DNA of 64,000 nt from Heterodontus francisci (lineage: Eukaryota): positions 76,569,300 through 76,633,299 of the forward strand of contig NC_090387.1 in NCBI RefSeq assembly GCF_036365525.1, written 5' to 3'. The position numbers were made by a program, and so were the translations under genes. Position 1 is the stretch's first letter. Each line of letters starts with the position of its first letter. Positions 1 to 12,540 of the stretch are shown here, one piece after another. Under the pieces are notes generated by a model. That model worked only from the letters and a program-made list of their open reading frames with translations. It searched no databases and was not told the DNA's origin.

Positions 1-1040
1 TTGGGCAGAGGGCAGGAGAGATTAAATAATAAAGCTGTCCTGGGACTGAGCAGAGGTGTTCCGCAAAGTGGTTACCTCCAGCGTGATGGCACCACCAAAC
101 ACATCTTCCCTTCCCCTCCCCTGTCAGCATTCTGAAGGGATCGTTTCCTCTGTGACACCCTGGTCCACTCTTCCATCACCCCTGACACCTCGTCCCCTTC
201 CCACAGCATCTTCCATGCAATCACAGGAGGTGTAATACCTGCCCTTTTACCTCCTCTCTCCTCACCATCCAAGGCCCCAAACACTCCTTCCAGATGAAGC
301 AACAATTTACTTGTACCTCCTGCAATTTAGTATACTGTATTCACTGCTCACAATGCAGTCGCCTCTATATTGGGGAGACCAAAAGCAGATTAGGTGACTG
401 CTTTGCGGAACACCTCTGCTCAGTCCGCAAGCATGACACCGAGCTTCCGGTTGCTTGCCATTTCAACACCCCCTCCCCTGCTCTCATGCCAACATTTCTG
501 TCTTTGGCCTGCTCCAGCGTTCCAGTGAACATCAACTCAAGCTTGAGGAGCAGCACCTGATCTTTCGATTAGGCTCTGTACAGCCTGCAGACTGAACATT
601 GAGTTCAATAACTTCAGAGCGTGACTGGCCTTTGTTTATATTTTTATATTTTTTTAAATTTCGTTTTATTTTATTTTTTAAACACACGTCTGTTTTTCTT
701 GTAGACAGAGCTGCTCATTATCCCACTATTAACACACTCTCTGGACTAATGCTTTGTCTTTCACCACAAGCATTAACACACCCTTTGCTTTTGTCCCAGG
801 ACAGCTTTGTTATTTAATCTCTCCTGCCCACTGCCCTATCAGACACCTTCCCTTTTGTTCTCTTCACCTCTCCCCCCCCCCCCCCCCCACCCCCACCAAC
901 AACCTTCACTTGCTTAAAACCTGATTCTTTTCTAACCTTTGCCAGTTCTGATGAAAGGTCACTGACCTGAAACGTTAACTCTGATTCTCCACAGATGCTG
1001 CCTGACCTGCTGAGTATTTCCAGCACTTTCTGTTTTTATA
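1..1040 (+). mobile_element. Penelope-like retroelement 3' fragment (GIY-YIG endonuclease + pLTR) with inverted 5' pieces
   Basis: ORF 294-560 NLVYCIHCSQCSRLYIGETKSRLGDCFAEH...PVACHFN is a PLE GIY-YIG; 1-46 is the reverse complement of 793-838 and 45-77 of 392-424. Confidence 0.9.
944..980 (+). ncRNA. Minimal type I hammerhead ribozyme in Penelope pLTR
   Basis: AGTT-CTGATGA-a-AGGTC-act-GACCT-GAAAC-GTT-AACT: core, stem I AGTT/AACT, stem II AGGTC/GACCT, palindromic stem III ACGT. Confidence 0.8.
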
Positions 1041-1474
1041 TATAATGCAAATTGCTGTTGTTGTTGGATAGTTTATGGAGGAATTTTGAACTGACCTGAT
1101 GATGTTCTTTTGTTCCTTTATAGAATGTCATTCATGGCAACTCTTAATACTATTAAGAGTATCAGCAAAGGACAAATATTGTTAAAAGTGGCTGCAGTCC
1201 CGCTTCACTATCTCAAAAGCTCAGGTGCTGTTCCTCGAGCTTGCGTTGATGCTCATTGGAACACTAGAATAGACCAGACAGAAATGTTGGCAAGAGCAGG
1301 TTCACTAGTTCACTATCTCCTTATTCTACTTTCGGATGAGGCGTGTTGCAGTTGCCATGGTCCAACAGTATTAAAGAGCTCCACCGCTGGCTGCCCCAGT
1401 GGCTGCAATTCCTATCCGGTCTTTCGGCGGCGCCGTTGTGGGAGACGTTGTTCTTGGTGGTGTGCCGGGTGTTG

Positions 1475-1490
1475 CCGGGAATTGTAGTTC
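1475..1490 (-). promoter_or_regulatory. ZNF143/THAP11 (SBS) motif in OGFOD1 CpG-rich promoter
   Basis: Reverse complement GAACTACAATTCCCGG contains ACTACAnnTCCC, about 60 nt upstream of the ATG in a CpG-rich stretch (~1340-1820). Confidence 0.7.
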
Positions 1491-1550
1491 TTCGGTAAGG
1501 CAGTGGGAGGCGGTGATCAGTAAGATTGGAGCAGCTGCTCCGGGGAAGGG

Positions 1551-1704
1551 ATGAGTTCTAAGAGGCTACGGAGCGCTCCGGAGAGTTGGGTCGGAAGGAA
1601 GAGGCAGCTAAAGAGGCGGGAGGTCGCAGAACTCAACCCGCTCCTGTTGGAAGCGAAGGAGCGAGTGAGTGAGGCCTGGAGCCGGGGGCTCGAGTACTCA
1701 CATG
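1551..1704 (+). CDS. OGFOD1: OGFOD1 exon 1 (coding part)
   Basis: ATG 1551, MSSKRLRSAPESWVGRKRQLKRREVAEL...EAWSRGLEYSH; basic NLS-like N-terminus and EAWSR match vertebrate OGFOD1; donor G|GTGAGG at 1705, phase 1. Confidence 0.9.
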
Positions 1705-2177
1705 GTGAGGGGAAGCGTATATGGGACTGGGAGAAGGGGCTGCAACTCTCAGACGGCGAAGAGAGACAGAAAGTTAGGAAGCGGGACAGTGAGAGGTGTC
1801 AAGATCGGAGAAATAATTGAAGTGTCGGCTTGAATCAGTGGGTGCTGTCCTGTATCAGTCAGAGGTCATGGATTCAAGCCCAATTCTCAGATTTGCGCAC
1901 GTGATGTAGACTGACAGTTCAGTGCAGTACCGAGGGAGCGCTGCATTGTCTTTCACACGCAACATTGGCAGATGATGACTAAACTGTCAGCATTAGCCAT
2001 TATATCTCTGAAATTGATGGCAATATCTGAATTCCGCAAGTGCATAATTAAATGTGGAAATCCAGAAGTTACTGTCAGGGATTCCACACTTCCTCAAAGG
2101 GTGTGCTGTTAAGACCCCCAGTCTGCAATCAATTTGAATTCACTGAACTGACAAACTTGCACTTTGACGCTATTAAT

Positions 2178-2437
2178 GCACCGCAGCCTCACAGCTCCAG
2201 CGACCCGGGTTCAATTCCGGGTACTGCCTGTGTGGAGTTTGCAAGTTCTCCCTGTGTCTGCGTGGGTTTCCTCCCACATGCCAAAAGACTTGCAGGTTGA
2301 TAGGTAAATTGGCCATTAGAAATTGCCCCTAGTATAGGTAGGTGGTAGGGAAAATATAGGGACAGGTGGGGATGTGGTAGGAATATGGAATTAGTGTAGG
2401 ATTAGTATAAATGGGTGGTTGATGGTCAGCACAGACT
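2178..2437 (+). mobile_element. HE1-type tRNA-derived V-SINE (truncated)
   Basis: B-box GGTTCAATTCC, core TGTGTGGAGTTTGCAAGTTCTCCCTGTGTCTGCGTGGG, near identity to other copies. Confidence 0.9.
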
Positions 2438-2884
2438 ACTGCTGAACAGCATCACTGTCCCTGGAAGACTAATTTTATATTTGTGGAATAACAAATTTCT
2501 TCCAATAATCACATTTTAAATTTTGTTTTAAAAATTGTTTTATATTTCAGCTGCTACCTTAATCCCATGTGTATATTCCAATCATATATTTCACTGTCAG
2601 TAAAGTTTTAATTAAAAGTGAAAAGTTAAGTGCATTTTACCTCCTAGTTTGCTGTCTGTGAGAATATTTCAATGTGGTTGGCTGCTTACCCTTCTTGATG
2701 GCATCACCGTTGCTGGACATCTGGAGATCCCCATGGCTTGGCATCAGGTTTAGATTGATGTTGGGGAAGGGGAAATACATGAATACATGCCACAGATATT
2801 GCAAGACAAGATCTTCGTCGGCAGATTTTATTTTAGGTCAGCGCCAAGCGCTGTCACTTCACCGCTGTCTATGAAATCCAGGCT

Positions 2885-3110
2885 ATTAAATCGAAGCCTC
2901 ACCTGCTTGTGTAGGTGAACGTAAGAGATCTGATTTCAATGTTTTAAGTAGAGTAGGGAAGTTCTCCCAGTGTCCTAGCCAACGTTTATCCCTCAACCGA
3001 CCAACTCCACCAAAAAAGGGATTAACTGCCCATTCATTTCTGCAGATTTTTTTGAGAGCTTGCTGTGGGAAATGCTGTGTTTGCCTACATAACAATAGTG
3101 ACTATGCTGT
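2885..3110 (+). mobile_element. Deu-domain SINE (SacSINE1-like) 3' part; 5' part at ~1830-1955
   Basis: GTTCTCCCAGTGTCCTAGCCAACGTTTATCCCTCAACC...CTTGCTGTG...CCTACATAACAATAGTGACTA. Confidence 0.7.
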
Positions 3111-4147
3111 GTGAAGGTCTTGGATTCAAAAACTTGGCTCTTCAATCCCATAATAATTCAAGATAAAAATAATGAGCATTTAGAAATCTGTTGGTTAATC
3201 AAGGACACTCAATATGGATTTGCTAAAGGGAATCATGTTTTACAAATTTAACAGGATTTTATTTTGCAGAGATGAGTGGCTAGATAAAGGAAATGGATAT
3301 TTAGAAGCCATTTGATAAGATGCCTTACAAAAAGGCTTGTGAGAAAAATCCAGGTGTTTATTGAAGAGGAAATGTAGCCCTGCCTCAGAATCAAGCAACA
3401 TGGACACAAAGTTGGTTGCTGGATAGGAAACCAGGATTTAGGGTAAATGGATACTTGCTTTGGAGGTTAGTGGTGCCTTCACAAGTTTCAGGCTGCTTCC
3501 AGCTGGCAGTTTTAAAGTATAAGACATGTACAGTAGGGGTAACTGATGGTGCACTTATGCATAGAATTTAGAGTCATTGAGAAGCAGGCTCTGTTTGACA
3601 CTGTTGCTAAGGTTACAGTATCAATCTGAAGTTCGGTGATGATTTGACTTTGGAGAGAAACGGTATGAGGTTCTCCAGAGGGAGCAGCCTTGATGGGCTT
3701 GGATTAAAGAATGGGCTGTAACTCCAGTTTGGTATCAAACCTGTGTTCATAAAGTGCTCAGAAAGTCTATCAGACCTCTTAAGCATATTTGATTTGATTT
3801 AATTGCAAAGAGAGTGTGAATGCACTGAGCTGCACAATTTTTACATTCAGGCATTAATGGCCAGTATGAGAGCCCTGCACATGTTGAATTTTTACACGGC
3901 CAGGATAATTCCATTCCAAACCAGGTGGTATAAATGAAAGTGTACTTGGCTGCGACCAATGGTACTAGTTACAGTGCACAGTTATTTCTTCTTTGTTGTC
4001 TCTTTAGGAATCTGTGACAATTCAACTTCCTTTTTACTTTTGAAAAGATGCTGAATTGTAAACAAAATATTCCCATGTCTGTAATTTATTGCAGCAAAAT
4101 GCTCCTTGCCAAGGTATTTAACATTGCCTTTCCTTTTCCCTTTACAG

Positions 4148-4296
4148 AGCAGGGTCTGCTAGTGAGCACTCAGCCATTTACACACTGTGTGATTCCAAAT
4201 TTTATCCAGAGTCAAGCATTCCTGGAAGGGCTTCAGAATGAGCTTTTGCAGCTGAACTTTCATGAAAAATCAAATGATCTCTATAAATTCAAACAG
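4148..4296 (+). CDS. OGFOD1: OGFOD1 exon 2
   Basis: tttacag acceptor; [41 protein letters not shown]; donor CAG|GTGAGA. Confidence 0.96.
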
Positions 4297-4743
4297 GTGA
4301 GAAACAGATTGGGGCAAAGGAAAGGTTTGGGTAGAGAGAGCTAACAAAGAGGCAAGAACTGTTGCTATGTGCACATCAATAAAATTGAGCTATGGAGTTC
4401 CTAGTTCCATTGTTTGAATGCTGTTGAATGAAAGGACCTCATGTATCATGGTGCAACAGATACAGAAGAGCGGTGTAGATTAAGGGAATATCTGTACAGC
4501 AGATGGACCAGATACACTGGAGTAATGTAGGGCAAGAGAATCACTGTGCAGCAGAGTGGAATGGACACACTGGAGTGATAGAGTCAGATGAAAGAGAGAA
4601 GAAATTAACTTGCCTTTATGTAAAGCTTTTCCCGCAACCTCAGGACATCCCAAGGCCATGTTTTTATCTTTGAAGTGTAGTCACTGTTGTAATGTGGGAA
4701 GGTCTTTCTGCAGCAAAATGTTTGGAAGGGTGTTGAATGAGCT

Positions 4744-5140
4744 GATTCTTGTGCAGCACAAATCCTGCAATGATGTCAAGTGAGGAGATTGTTGTGCAGC
4801 ACAAATCCTGGAATGTTGTTGGGTGAGGAGATTCTTTGCAGTCAGAATCCTGGAATGATGTCAAGTGAGGAGATTGCTGTGTAGCACAAATCCTGGAATG
4901 ATGTTGAGTGAGGAGAATGTTGTGCAATCAGAATCCTGGAATGATGTTAGGGGAGGAGATTGCTGTGTAGCACAAATCCTGGAATTCTGTCGGGTGAGTG
5001 ATTCTTGTGCAGCACAAATCCTGGAATGATGTCAGATGAGGAAATGTTTGTGCAGTCAGAATCCTGGAATGATGTCGGGTAAGGTGATTCTTGTGCAGTC
5101 AGAATCCTGGAATGACGTTGGATGAGGTGATCTTGCGAGA
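4744..5140. repeat. Minisatellite, ~42-43 bp unit, ~9 copies
   Basis: Unit approx TGTGCAGCACAAATCCTGGAATGATGTCAAGTGAGGAGATTGT, variants CACAAATCC/TCAGAATCC. Confidence 0.92.
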
Positions 5141-5204
5141 GTGATATAGGACAAGCAAATTACTTGTTCGTTCCACTTATGAGCACTTGCCATTTTTAGT
5201 CTCT

Positions 5205-7740
5205 TAAGACAAGACCATAGCTTGTGGAATGTAGATTGGGAGCAGCTGTTTGAAGGTAAATCCACATGTGATATGTGGGAGGCTTTTAAAGAGAGGTTGA
5301 TTAGCGTGCAGGAGAGACATGTTCCTGTGAAAATGAAGGATAGAAATGGCAAGATTAGGGAACCATGGATGACAGGTGAAATTGTGAGACTAGCTAAGAG
5401 GAAAAAGGAAGCATGCATAAGGTCTAGGCGGCTGAAGAAAGACGAAGCTTTGAAAGAATATCGGGATTGTAGGCGCAATCTGAAACGAGGAATTAAGAGG
5501 GCTAAAAGGGGTCATGAAATATCTTTAGCAAACAGGGTTAAGGAAAATCCCAAAGCCTTTTATTCATATGCCGCTATGGGCGGCACAGTGGTGCAGTGGT
5601 TAGCACCGCAGCCTCACAGCTCCAGGGACCCGGGTTCGATTCCGGGTACTGCCTGTGTGGAGTTTGCAAGTTCTCCCTGTGTCTGCGTGGGTTTTCTCCG
5701 GGTGCTCCGGTTTCCTCCCACAAGCCAAAAGACTTTCAGGTTGATGGGTAAATTGGCCATTATAAATTGTCACTAGTATAGGTAGGTGGTAGGGAAATAT
5801 AGAGACAGGTGGGGATGTTTGGTAGGAATATGGGATTAGTGCAGGATTAGTATAAATGGGTGGTTGATGTTCGGCACAGACTCGGTGGGCCGAAGGGCCT
5901 GTTTCAGTGCTGTATCTCTAATCTAATCATATATAAGGAGCAAGAGGGTAACTAGAGAAAGGATTGGCCCACTCAAGGACAAAGGAGGAAAGTTATGCGT
6001 GGAGTCAGAGAAAATGGGTGAGATTCTAAACGAGTACTTTGCATCGGTATTCACCGAGGAGAGGGACATGACGGATGTTGAGGTTAGGGACAGATGTTTG
6101 GTTACTCTAGGTCAAGTCGGCATAAGGAGTGAGGAAGTGTTGGGTATTCTAAAAGGCATTAAGGTGGACAAGTCCCCAGGTCCGGATGGGATCTGTCCCA
6201 GGTTAGTGTGGGAAGCGAGAGAGGAAATAGCTGGGGCCTTAACAGATATCTTTGCAACATCCTTAAACACGGGTGAGGTCCCGGAGGACTGGAGAATTGC
6301 TAATGTTGTCCCCTTGTTTAAGAAGGGTAGCAGGGATAATCCAGGTAATTATAGACCGGTGAGCCTGACGTCAGTGGTAGGGAAGCTGCTGGAGAAGATA
6401 CTGAGGGATAGGATCTATTCCCATTTGGAAGAAAATGGGCTTATCAGTGATAGGCAACATGGTTTTGTGCAGGGAAGGTCATGTCTTACCAACTTAATAG
6501 AATTCTTTGAGGAAGTGACAAAGTTGATTGATGAGGGAAGGGCTGTAGCTGTCATATACATGGACTTCAGTAAGGCGTTTGATAAGGTTACCCATGGTAG
6601 GCTGATGGAGAAAGTGAAGTCGCATGGGGTCCAAGGTGTACTAGCTAGATGGATAAAGAACTGGCTGGGCAACAGGAGACAGAGAGTAGCGGTGGAAGGG
6701 AGTTTCTCAAAATGGAGACGTGTAACCAGTGGTGTTCCACAGGGATCCATGCTGGGACCACTGTTGATTGTGATATACATAAATGATTTGGAGGAAAGTA
6801 TAGGTGGTCTGATTAGCAAGTTTGCAGACGACACTAAGATTGGTGGAGTAGCAGATAGTGAAGGGGACTGTCAGAGAATACAGCAGAATATAGATAGATT
6901 GCAGAGTTGGGCAGAGAAATGGCAGATGGAGTTCAATCAGGGCAAATGCGAGGTGATGCATTTTGGAAGATCCAATTCAAGAGTGAACTATACAGTAAAT
7001 GGAAAAGTCCTGGGGAAAATTGATGTACAGAGAGATTTGGGTGTTCAGGTCCATTGTTCCCTGAAGGTGGCAATGCAGGTCAATAGAGTGGTCAAGAAGG
7101 CATACGGCATGCTTTCCTTCATTGGACGGGTTATTGAGTACAAGAGTTGGCAGGTCATGTTACAGTTGTATAGGACTTTGGTTCGGCCACATTTGGAATA
7201 CTGCGTGCAGTTCTGGTCGCCACATTACCAAAAGGATGTGGATGCTTTGGAGAGGGTGCAGAGGAGGTTCACCAGGATGTTGCCTGGTATGGAGGGCGCT
7301 AGCTATGAAGAGAGGTTGAGTAGATTAGGATTATTTTCATTAGAAAGATGGAGGTTGAGGGGGGACCTGATTGAGGTGTACAAAATCATGAGAGGTATAG
7401 ACAGGGTGGATAGCAAGAAGCTTTTTCCCAGAGTGGGGGATTCAATTACTAGGGGACACGAGTTCAAAGTGAAAGGGGAAAAGTTTAGGGGGGATATGCG
7501 TGGAAAGTTCTTTACGCAGAGGGTGGTGGGTGCTTGGAACGCATTGCCAGCGGAGGTGATAGACGCGGGCACGATAGCGTCTTTTAAGATGTATCTAGAC
7601 AGATACATGAATGGGCAGGAAGTAAAGAGATACAGACCCTTAGAAAATAGGCGACAGGTTTAGATAGAGGATCTGGATCGGCGTAGGCTTGGAGGGCCGA
7701 AGGGCCTGTTCCTGTGCTGTAATTTTCTTTTGTTCTTTTG
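5205..7740 (+). mobile_element. Young 5'-truncated CR1 (HER1-type) LINE, ORF2 reverse transcriptase
   Basis: KSPGPDGI, NYRPVSLTSVVGK, QHGF, YMDFSKAFDKV, GVPQGSMLGP, KFADD; 3' tail GGGCCGAAGGGCCTGTTCCTGTGCTGTA..(TTCTTTG)n. Confidence 0.96.
5570..5926 (+). mobile_element. HE1-type V-SINE nested in CR1 ORF2
   Basis: Full tRNA head GGGCGGCACAGTGG...GGTTCGATTCC, (TCTAA)n tail, TSD TCATAT 5564-5569/5927-5932. Confidence 0.93.
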
Positions 7741-8001
7741 ACTTTTTTTAATGTCTGAGCTTTTACTAATATAATCAACAGAGACTGGGAATAAAACACA
7801 ACCAACCTCCATATTGTGATACCTGAAATGACAGGTTATAGCACTGGTAAGATGCGATTCTGAATGCAAATATACACACTAAGCTGATAGAGTGACATTC
7901 TAGATGTGAATATTCAGAGCTAATTGATGTTCTAGATGTAGGTAATCAAATGAAGCTAATAAAGGAAAGGTTCTAGATATATTTTATTTTCCCTTTGACA
8001 G

Positions 8002-8048
8002 TCTGATGACCTCCGGAAGAAGAAAGAATATCATATTTCAGCATTAAG
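8002..8048 (+). CDS. OGFOD1: OGFOD1 exon 3
   Basis: ccctttgacag acceptor; SDDLRKKKEYHISALR; donor AG|GTGAGT, phase 2. Confidence 0.94.
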
Positions 8049-10397
8049 GTGAGTTACTGTGAACCCATCTTCTCTGAGCTTGCTCAGGGAACTATTTGAA
8101 TTGATTATTGGACTAAAATGTGTTGTGTTTTCAGACCTGTTTCCCTTGTTGCAGCACTGATTTTCATTTGAGTGGTCTCCAGTATGCTTTGTATATGTTA
8201 TGAAAACTAGTGAGATGGTGAAGTTAGTACCTTTGAGAGAAAGCTGCTGCTGCACATTTGGATGAAATGCAATAGGAATAAGCTATTGGAAGAGTCACTG
8301 GCAGAAAATAAATTACGTTTGGTAAAACTTTTCTAAGAAGCAAATTGAACTCAACCAAGCCATCTCACTGTGCAGAAGCATATTTATTGTTACTTCCACT
8401 CTGTTTGTGAAATCTGCAAGCTGGTGTTTACTTCTGCACAAATTCTGGGAATCTCTCTCAAATATTTTTTTTTCTGACCTTTTTGTTAAAAGTTTTCTCC
8501 GTTTGTTTGGTCTCATGTACTAGACACTTTCTCTGGCTGAGACAGGAACACAATAATTAACAGCATGAAGGAAAAAGGTTATACAAACCAGCATGATGAT
8601 GAAGGATTACATTGTTCAGTTCCTGTTCTCTACAAAATGTTTTCTCACAGACGCTCAATCATATCTCTTTTCTGCAACATTCACTGATGGCCTCACCACC
8701 ATATTGCATTGTGTTCCCTCCAACACTTTCATTGAGTACACTGTCCTTAATACATGGTAATACAAGAAAAGTTCTTTTCCACTGAGTTCGCTAGCACCAC
8801 CGGTGTTTTGAATGACCATAAAGTTTGTATCTCATTGCCATTGCCAGGCACATTACAAGAATATAAGAAAGTATTCATGAATGACCTTTCCCCAACATGT
8901 TCTCTGAGACATTGGGTAAAATCTTCTTGGTCACCCTCAGGCAGGTTTAAAGGCAGGACTGGGAGAAAACTTGGAAATTGGGGCATCAGGTTGGCAGGCA
9001 GGCCGGCACGTTCCCGTCTCTGGGCAATCTTGCCAGAGGGGTATGTATGTGGACTGTTGCTACCTGCCTGGAAGTGGCGGGTAGCCAATAATGAGGGAGA
9101 TGGGAAGGGCCCTGCCAGGATCTTCTCAGCATTGGAGTCGACTCCCAATGAGTGTTGAGCCCAGCAGCTCTATGGAGGTGTACTCCCTGCAGCAGAGGCT
9201 GGGTGGTTGTCTGAGCTGGAGGCTCCATGCCCCAAGGATAGGGCCACAGGTAGGAAAGACCACACTGGTGGCTCAAACAAATCCTCCAGAGGGGTTTCCC
9301 TTCTGTTCTGAGGGACCTACCGTCTTCAGCCCTCCTTATTTATGCAATTTTAAGAACGCTTCCGAGGGCATCTTCATTTTGAGGTTCCCTCGCACTCTCT
9401 TTTCTGCCTGAGCTGTGCCCACTTCTCCCTGTGGGGCTGCTGGCCTTTCACAGCTGTGGGCCCTCTGGGCCTGCAGTCTCAGGAACCTGTCTGCCATCCT
9501 TAATTGGGTGGCGGTCGTGGAGGTGGCCAGTGAAGAGGCTACTTGCTGGAAGATTGCTCCAGAAATGGACCGGATCCCTGAAAATAAAAAATTACCAGAA
9601 TATTCTGTCTATCATCTCCAGCAACTCTGATAAGATGAAGAAACCTATCTAATACATTCAATAATAGATCCTTTTCTCAATTTGTTCCCTTGTGGGCCTT
9701 CTTGATGCTTTCAGTGGCAAGCTTTGCCCACTTCCTGGCCCCTTGCTGATAAATTCTGCAGGGAGGAGGTGTAGCATGCATTGGGGCACAAACCACCGGT
9801 CAATTAAAGGCGACAGATTTCAAAGGAAGATGGCATAGCTTAAGACCAACTGTTTTTTTTTGATTTGACGAGATAAGGGAAATGCAGATAGTGAAGAGCT
9901 GTGCCCTGACCAGCAGGGTTACTGTGCACATTGCCAATCACTTTCTGAATCGTTCATTTTTAAAACTTTAATTCTCTAGATTGGATTTATAAAAGTGATT
10001 AACATGCTAACTGACTGCCCTTTTTAAAGGGGAGAGAGAGGTTAGTTTGATCATTTTGCACTGTTTTCACCAGGGTTTGCTAGAATATATGTGCTATAAA
10101 ATCTTAGTACTTCACCTAAGGGGGTGCAGGCAGGAACATGGGTAAACATTTGTTACTCAGTAGCCCTCTCAGAAAATGGCATCATATCTTCCTTCACTGT
10201 GGTGTCAGTATTGGCGTAAACGCTAGATTTCAGTAGGTACCTGGTGAAGTAATGTACTATAATTTTAGATGATATCTACAGTTCTCATGGAGAATTTTTC
10301 GCTCCCCAGTCTGTTTAAATTTTGTGGAATTTATGATCGAATTTGGGTTTAGCTAAGATTCAGTCATTCAGCTGTTTTTCTCTCTCTCTCTCTCCAG

Positions 10398-10498
10398 GAA
10401 GGTACTCTTTGAAGACTTTCGTACGTGGCTGTCAGATATTGCTGGTGTAAAATTGGAAAGCACAGTGGATTTATCCTGTGCTAAATATGAATACACAG
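10398..10498 (+). CDS. OGFOD1: OGFOD1 exon 4
   Basis: (TC)n polypyrimidine tract then ccag; [33 protein letters not shown]; donor G|GTATGC. Confidence 0.96.
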
Positions 10499-11336
10499 GT
10501 ATGCAACATTCAGTACATAGTGTGGTACACATTGGGTTTATTGCACACATACCATTTTACAAGGGTACTTTATGTATTATATTACATTGGGGTTATTGCA
10601 CATGTGATATCACACTGGCACTGTTGCATTACACTGAGCTATTGCATATGTGGCATTTCACAGGTACTGTAGTAGGTACGGCGGATATTAGATAAACCGT
10701 ATTCCATTTGTTAGGTGAAATGACTAAAATGATCACTCAACACCTCAGGTCTGTGGTTCAATTGCCAAGCTATTTTACACCGGTGGGGAGACAATATCTA
10801 CTGGTCAAGCCAGGAGACTTCTCCACAGATACAAAGATTTGTGCGATATTTATCCTTCATGTTGCATTGAATATGGTGCCTTTCTTTAAACTCCTCCAAT
10901 CACGGCTAAAACACGTACACTTGAGCTCTGCCCATATTACTAATATAGCTTTTTGACGGTTTACCCGTATTTTGCTGATACGGCAGTGACTGTTGCCCCA
11001 CTTGGTGCCTTTTTCAAAAACATGTTTTCCTCATCTATTTTTGTGACCCAGACCCTCGAAGCAGTCATGTCTACTAATTGTTCCCCTTATCCTTCCCATC
11101 TGTTTCCTTTGTGGTCAATCATTGTCTTAAAGTTATTTTTTGTTAGTTGCTGTTAGTATCAGCAGTTATCAATCCTATATTTAATCTTCTGATTCTTAGC
11201 AGCTTGGAACTTATAATGTTTAAATGTTCCTCTTCACATTGGAGATAGTTCTTGATGATATCACACTGGTACTGTTAAACAGAATGGGAATGCTGCACAT
11301 TAGGTGTACCAAAGCAGTGGCATACACTAGAGATAA

Positions 11337-12509
11337 TTTTTTTATTCATTAATGGGATGTGGGCATCGCTGGCTAGGACAGCATTTATTGCTCATCCCTA
11401 ATTGCCCTTGAGATGGTGGTGGTGAGCTGCCTTCTTGAGCCACTGCAGTCCATGTGGGGTAGGTACACCCACAGTGCTGTTAGGAAGGGAGTTCCAGGAT
11501 ATTGACCCAGCGTCAGTGAAGGAATGGCAATATAGTTGCAAGTCAGGATGGTATGTGGCTTGGAGAGGAACTGGCAGATGGTGGTGTTCCCATGCATCAG
11601 CTGCCCTTGTCCTTCTAGGTGGTAGAGGTTGTGGGTTTGGAATGTGCTGTCTAAGGAGATGTCAGGCTGTTACTTTACTAGTAGAACAGCTCTCCAAACT
11701 TTGGCACAAGCCCCCAGGGCGGCACAGTGGCACAGTGGTTAGCACCGCAGCCTCACAGCTCCAGGGACCCGGGTTCGATTCCTGGTACTGCCTGTGTGGA
11801 GTTTGCAAGTTCTCCCTGTGTCTGCGTGGGTTTTCTCCGGGTGCTCCGGTTTCCTCCCACAAGCCAAAAGACTTGCAGGTTGATAGGTAAATTGGCCATT
11901 ATAAATTGTCACTAGTATAGGTAGGTGGTAGGGAAATATAGGAACAGGTGGGGATGTTTGGTAGGAATATGGGATTAGTGTAGGATTAGTATAAATGGGT
12001 GGTTGATGTTCGGCACAGACTCGGTGGGCCGAAGGGCCTGTTTCAGTGCTGTATCTCTAATCTAATCTAATCTAATCTAATGTTAGTAAGGAGGACTTTG
12101 CAGGGTCATGAGGGCTGGGTTTGCCATTGTCGTGTCCGGTGCCTAGGTCGATGCCAGGTGGTCTGTCCAGTTTCATTTCTTCTTGACTTCGTAGCGGGTT
12201 AGATACAACTAGGCTTGCTAGGCCAGTTAAGAGTTAACCACATTGCTGTGAGTCTGGAGTCAGATGTAGGCCAGACCAGGTAAGGACAGGAGATTTCCTT
12301 CCCTAAAGGAGATTAGTGAATCAGCTGGGTTTTTAAACAATCAACAACCGTTTCATGGCCATCATTAGACTAGCTTTTTTTAAAAAAATTCCAGATTTAT
12401 TAATTGAATTTCAATTGAATTGAAAGGGATTCGAACCTATGCCCCCAGAGCAATACTCTGGGTCTCTGAGATACTAGTCCAATACAATACCACTACGCCA
12501 CCGCCTCCC
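11337..12509 (-). mobile_element. Internally deleted copy of the same LINE family
   Basis: Head (12509 to ~11661) joined directly to the 3' end (~11660-11337); contains HE1 insertion. Confidence 0.85.
11717..12079 (+). mobile_element. HE1-type V-SINE
   Basis: Full-length, (TCTAA)5 tail, interrupts a minus-strand LINE derivative. Confidence 0.93.
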
Positions 12510-12540
12510 TTTATAGATGATCTTGTGTTATGGTATGCAT

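Noticed and set aside
1351-1366. RFX X-box-like GTTGCCATGGTCCAAC upstream of OGFOD1
   Set aside because: Second half-site spacing is imperfect; insufficient support
4744-5140. CRISPR-like array
   Set aside because: Units are contiguous tandem repeats without unique spacers; eukaryotic context, no cas genes
5578-5650. tRNA gene (also at other SINE/LINE heads)
   Set aside because: A/B boxes are SINE heads continuing into SINE body; no complete cloverleaf with terminator
5999-7663. 554-aa ORF as a host gene
   Set aside because: It is CR1 LINE ORF2 (RT), 5' truncated, with no true start codon
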